The notes under the pieces are model-generated. The model ran no database searches. It saw only the letters and a list, made by a program, of their open reading frames with translations, and was not told the origin of the DNA. Below, in pieces: positions 55,946 through 57,321 of a stretch of 57,321 nt of DNA (position 1 is its first letter; every line of letters starts with the position of its first letter). Source of the stretch: a virus (Duplodnaviria > Caudoviricetes); the IMG/VR virus record IMGVR_UViG_3300026097_000026, positions 1 through 57,321 of that record; one strand, written 5' to 3'. The position numbers and the translations under genes were made by a program.

Positions 55946-55972
55946 AAACCAGCTTTATGCTGGTTTTTTTTT
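55946..55972 (+). terminator. rho-independent terminator
   Basis: AAACCAGC-tttat-GCTGGTTT followed by T run. Confidence 0.8.
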
Positions 55973-56015
55973 GTCTTTAAACTTTGATATATTAATATAA
56001 ATTATAGATTATAAA

Positions 56016-56492
56016 ATGATACTATTTAAAACTGAAAATAATAAAGATGGGAAGATATTTATTGGGATGTCTGAGAATGATAATCCTCATAATTTAGGAA
56101 CGGGTAAATATATAAAGCAAGCAATTAAAAAATTTGGTACAAATTCATTTACTAAAGAAGTTCTTGAAACTTTTGATAGAAAAACACCATTAAGTGAAAT
56201 AATGGATCGTGTTGAATTTTGGATTAAGGAATTTAAATCAGATAATCCTAAATATGGATATAATGAAAGTATTAAGGAAACTATACCTCAGAAAAGAAGG
56301 CTAACAAGAAAAGTACAAGTATTGATAACGCCTGATGATGAAGATTCTTTAAATAGTATTATTATTCAAAAATCAATGGAAAGTAATACCAAACCACAAT
56401 CAGTATCTAAATATGTTAGGCAATTAATAGTAGAACATATAATCGAGGAAACATCAACTGATAAAATAATTACAAATAAAAGAATTAAATAA
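56016..56492 (+). CDS. degenerate GIY-YIG (Seg-like) domain fused to a ribbon-helix-helix-like domain
   Basis: ILFKTENNKDGKIFIG, LGTGKYIKQAIKKFG, FTKEVLE, GYN; C-terminal KVQVLITPDDEDSL...SVSKYVRQLI. Confidence 0.65.
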   Translation: MILFKTENNKDGKIFIGMSENDNPHNLGTGKYIKQAIKKFGTNSFTKEVLETFDRKTPLSEIMDRVEFWIKEFKSDNPKYGYNESIKETIPQKRRLTRKVQVLITPDDEDSLNSIIIQKSMESNTKPQSVSKYVRQLIVEHIIEETSTDKIITNKRIK

Positions 56493-57321
56493 TGGATAAC
56501 CACGAAGAAAACATTAAAAAGGAATTTGCAGCAGCAGAAGGAATTAATCAACAAGAAGCTCAGCAGCCTGAAGAAAAAATTACCAACTTAGGTAAAGTTG
56601 ACATTAACAAAGGATCAGGTGTAATAGGTCCTGACGATCCTGAGATACAAAGAATTCAAAATGCAGCTGGGTATATATCACTTGAGCTCACCGATTTACC
56701 ATCTAAAGGTAGGTTTTATCGTAAAGATTTAAATCTAACTATTAGAGCTGCTAGAGTAGGCGAAATAAGAGATTTTTCAACTATTGATGAGAATAATATT
56801 AGAGATGTTGATGAAAAACTAAATACTATATTAGTATCATGTACTAGAGTAATGTTTGGTAATACTAAAGGTTCATATAAGGACATTCTTGAAGAAGATC
56901 GCGTTTATGTTATTCTTAAAATAAAGGAACTTACATTTAAAGATGGTGAAAATAAATTAATGATGCCAGTCAAGGAAAAAAAATGTACTACAGGTAGTTG
57001 TGAAGCTCAAGAATCTGTTGAATTGGTCACACAAAATTTACAGTTTCATAAAGAAGATGAATTAATTGCTAAGTATTATGATGAAGAATCTAGAGCATAT
57101 GTTATAGCTACAAAAAATCACGGTGAAATTATTATGGCTCCACCTACTATCGGTGTTATGAGATCAATTACTGATTATATCAGAGAAAGAGAAGAAGAAG
57201 GTCAAAAATGGGATAAATCTTCATTACAAATACTTCCTTATTTACATAGAGAATGGAGAGGTTTTTCTAAAGAGCAAATCTTTTCAGAAATAACAAATTT
57301 CCAGGGTTGGTCAACATCAAA
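56492..57321 (+). CDS. baseplate hub assembly protein gp26-like (runs off the window)
   Basis: Open frame from ATG 56492 (MDNHEENIKK...); LPSKGRFY and DILEEDRVYVILKIKELTF motifs. Confidence 0.6.
   Translation, partial: MDNHEENIKKEFAAAEGINQQEAQQPEEKITNLGKVDINKGSGVIGPDDPEIQRIQNAAGYISLELTDLPSKGRFYRKDLNLTIRAARVGEIRDFSTIDENNIRDVDEKLNTILVSCTRVMFGNTKGSYKDILEEDRVYVILKIKELTFKDGENKLMMPVKEKKCTTGSCEAQESVELVTQNLQFHKEDELIAKYYDEESRAYVIATKNHGEIIMAPPTIGVMRSITDYIREREEEGQKWDKSSLQILPYLHREWRGFSKEQIFSEITNFQGWSTS

Noticed and set aside
4605-56554. Short minus-strand and alternate-frame ORFs in the track (e.g. 4605, 5953, 6565, 16143, 23093, 27649, 32079, 38499, 41163, 50719, 56366)
   Set aside because: They are shadows of well-supported genes on the other strand or frame and have no recognisable motifs
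1-57321. Stop-codon reassignment as in some large phages
   Set aside because: Conserved genes are full length in the standard code and TAG terminates genes at expected ends; TGA read-through is not needed anywhere
1-57321. tRNA or rRNA genes
   Set aside because: Intergenic gaps are short and none shows a cloverleaf or T-loop consensus by eye; tRNAscan was not run

Overview
AT-rich segment of a large T4-like (myovirus) bacteriophage genome, almost all on the + strand, read with the standard code. A Bacteroidota host is likely (A-rich leaders without Shine-Dalgarno sequences, Bacteroidota-type Hc1-like protein). It carries the T4-type replication core (gp56, gp43 split into two genes 15 kb apart, gp45, UvsX, gp41, gp46/47, gp44/62, RNase H, NrdAB), late transcription factors (gp55, possible gp33) and head/neck/tail genes (gp15, gp4, gp2, gp20, fused gp21-gp22, gp23, gp14, gp16, gp17, gp18, gp19, gp26). 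Most notable: (1) an operon at 14213-20746 that looks like an undescribed DNA hypermodification system, with a HAD phosphatase, kinase, nucleotidyltransferase, T4 beta-glucosyltransferase homolog, epimerase, a C5-cytosine methyltransferase-fold enzyme with a remodelled SAM pocket, and a GT8-like enzyme ending in the same xSLF tail as the polymerase; (2) a large terminase fractured by an atypically split intein with a free-standing Vsr-like homing endonuclease between the halves; (3) a PglF/D/E bacillosamine-type sugar pathway flanked by enzymes carrying T4-like capsid-targeting peptides; (4) two phage promoter motifs visible directly in the intergenic DNA. All family calls come from motif recognition by eye; no database searches were run.
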